From Bacteroidales bacterium (lineage in GTDB: Bacteria; Bacteroidota; Bacteroidia; Bacteroidales; P3), in contig JAGBOF010000033.1 in NCBI GenBank assembly GCA_017633985.1, positions 3,774-67,773 of the forward strand: a DNA stretch of 64,000 nt, in the 5' to 3' direction. Below the pieces are notes generated by a model. That model worked only from the letters and a program-made list of their open reading frames with translations. It had not been told where the DNA came from and searched no databases. The translations under genes were made by a program, and so were the position numbers. Shown here in pieces: positions 62,420-64,000 of the stretch (the first letter of the stretch is position 1; every line of letters begins with the position of its first letter).

Positions 62420-64000
62420 TTATTCAATTATCAACGGCTGCGTGAATTTTCCTACATTGATGTAGTAAACTCCCGCCTCAAAATCGTTAACATTGATATC
62501 TTTAATGCCTTTAACGTTCTTAATTTCTCTAACAACCTGTCCCTTGTTGTCAATTATCTTAATGTCGCCGTCAGCATGAATAGTTACTCTGTCGTGCGCA
62601 GGATTCGGATAAATACTGATGATTCGTTCTGAATTAATCTCCTCAATACCTGCAGTAACCTGTAGTATTAAAGTAACAATACTATCGCATCCGTCATCGG
62701 TTTGCAAATTTAGTGTATATTCACCTGCATCCGATTCCGTAAAACCGTAACCGTTGTAGGTTTCACCTGCATTTATTTCCGCATAAATATATGTCCTTGT
62801 CACTCCGCACGGTGTTATTGTGTCATGAAGATAAACAGTATCTATTGTATTAACGGTATCATGCAATATTAAGGTGATAGTGTCTGTTACTGTGACAGTG
62901 TCAATTTGCGTTAAGGTGATTGTGTCTGTTACGGTAACTGTATCAATCTGCGTTAAGGTAATTGTATCGATTAAAGTGACGGTGTCGTATTCAGTAACAG
63001 TTAAGGTATCGACGGTGTTTACTGTGTCGTGAACAGTTTGTGTTACTGTGATAGTATCAAACAGCGTAACGGTGTCGTATAGCGTTGTCTCGATTGTATC
63101 AAACAATGTTACCGTGTCGTAAAGTGTTGTCTCGATTGTGTCATGCAGTGTCACCGTATCGTAAAGCGTTGTCTCGATAGTGTCATGTAGCGTTACCGTA
63201 TCGTAAAGTGTTGTTTCGATTGTGTCATGAAGCGTTACAGTATCGTAAAGCGTTGTTTCAATGGTATCAAACAACGTTACCGTGTCGTAAAGTGTTGTTT
63301 CGATAGTGTCATGTAGTGTTACCGTGTCAAATTTTGTTATCTCGTTGGTGATGGTATCGTGTAATATTACCGTGTCAAGTTGTGTCACTGTTACGGTATC
63401 GTGGATATGAACCGTGTCAACGTCACCCGTATACTGTTTTGCAACAAGATTAACCCTTACAACGCTGTCGCAACCGTCCGAAGAGACAAGATTTTTGATA
63501 TAAATGCCGTAACTGTTTTCGCCGAACGATTCACCTGAGCAGATTTCCGCCGTTATAGTTGTGTCATATCCGTCAACAACATTAAGATTTAACGTAACCG
63601 TGCTGTCGCAACCGTTAATCGTTTGCAAGTTCAGCGTATGTGTTCCCGCATCATTCGTATTGAATCCGTTATTGCTATATGTCTGTCCTTTGCAAATCGT
63701 TGCCGATATAACGGTATCATAAATCGGATTAACGGTCAGCGTTAAGGTGATTATACTGTCGCGGTATTTGTTAACATTTACCGTTTGCGTATAAACGCCA
63801 GCCGCATTCAGTTCATTATTATTAAATGAATATGTTTCGCCTTGGCAAATGGCTGCCGTAAGGTTATTATATATTGTGTCAATACTGTTGTCATAATCGT
63901 AGAAAGTGATTGTCGTTACTACAGAGTCACAGCCGTTAATGGTCTGAAGATTGTTGACAACAGTATCATAATAATCCTCGCCCTTTTCGTCCACAATTGT
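62420..64000 (-). CDS. T9SS-sorted surface protein paralog (LRR gene C), C-terminal part; the N-terminus lies beyond the window end
   Basis: The ORF is open to the window edge. It has multiple Cys-bracketed GCDS modules, a long DT(V/I)TL-type Thr-rich tract that includes 7 x 14-aa repeats, and a CTD nearly identical to that of gene A (IYPNPAHDRVTI ... GVYYINVGKFTQPLIIE). Confidence 0.8.
   Translation of the reverse strand, partial: TIVDEKGEDYYDTVVNNLQTINGCDSVVTTITFYDYDNSIDTIYNNLTAAICQGETYSFNNNELNAAGVYTQTVNVNKYRDSIITLTLTVNPIYDTVISATICKGQTYSNNGFNTNDAGTHTLNLQTINGCDSTVTLNLNVVDGYDTTITAEICSGESFGENSYGIYIKNLVSSDGCDSVVRVNLVAKQYTGDVDTVHIHDTVTVTQLDTVILHDTITNEITKFDTVTLHDTIETTLYDTVTLFDTIETTLYDTVTLHDTIETTLYDTVTLHDTIETTLYDTVTLHDTIETTLYDTVTLFDTIETTLYDTVTLFDTITVTQTVHDTVNTVDTLTVTEYDTVTLIDTITLTQIDTVTVTDTITLTQIDTVTVTDTITLILHDTVNTIDTVYLHDTITPCGVTRTYIYAEINAGETYNGYGFTESDAGEYTLNLQTDDGCDSIVTLILQVTAGIEEINSERIISIYPNPAHDRVTIHADGDIKIIDNKGQVVREIKNVKGIKDINVNDFEAGVYYINVGKFTQPLIIE
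63051..63344 (-). repeat. 7 tandem 42-bp in-frame repeats encoding TLYDTVTL(H/F)DTIET
   Basis: Unit boundaries are at 63051, 63093, 63135, 63177, 63219, 63261 and 63303. The peptides are identical except for His/Phe, but the DNA copies differ at many third-codon positions. Confidence 0.85.

Overview
AT-rich chromosomal segment that looks like Bacteroidota, probably Bacteroidales. The taxon call rests on three things: TAnnTTTG -7 promoter boxes 20-100 nt upstream of most genes, three proteins ending in T9SS (Por) C-terminal sorting domains, and DUF1573 and BspA-type LRR content. I support about 50 protein genes. Most are housekeeping: lpxD, clpP, a purN fusion, acpP-fabF-rnc, gltX, gmk, gap, hppA, nadK, lipA, miaB and dxr. 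These are interleaved with envelope and accessory genes: three BspA-like LRR surface proteins, a small beta-barrel OMP, a TPR/PD40/OmpA protein, a Wza/Wzc export pair, a secreted DRGH nuclease, an MBOAT, a DUF4160/DUF2442 pair, and a 1427-aa (1443 in the ORF track) BcrAD/BadFG activase fusion. I saw no rRNA, canonical tRNA, CRISPR array, transposase or integrase. The most unusual signals are non-coding. (1) Twelve intergenic regions carry arrays of about 21-nt phased units, each a 6-7 nt GC-rich core plus an AATAAT/ATTAAT-type linker. The units occur in both orientations, sometimes as perfect 15-18 bp hairpins and sometimes as direct repeats. (2) Two LRR/T9SS cargo genes have roughly 330-340 nt 5' leaders that share exact sequence blocks and hairpins, although their coding N-termini are diverged. 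(3) A 97-nt element closed by a 14-bp inverted repeat has its own -7 box and a degenerate cloverleaf-like interior, and it sits next to an orphan gene fragment. Coding oddities are a PurN-guanine deaminase fusion, Thr-rich DT(V/I)TL periodic repeats in the LRR proteins (a 7 x 42 bp array identical in peptide except one His/Phe position but scrambled at synonymous sites), a C-terminal cassette shared by two LRR genes 52 kb apart, an expanded GYG Tyr tail on Wzc, an RluA-like protein with a possibly degenerate catalytic motif, and an orphan short SufD-like protein. All functional calls come from motif recognition by eye. No searches or statistics were run.
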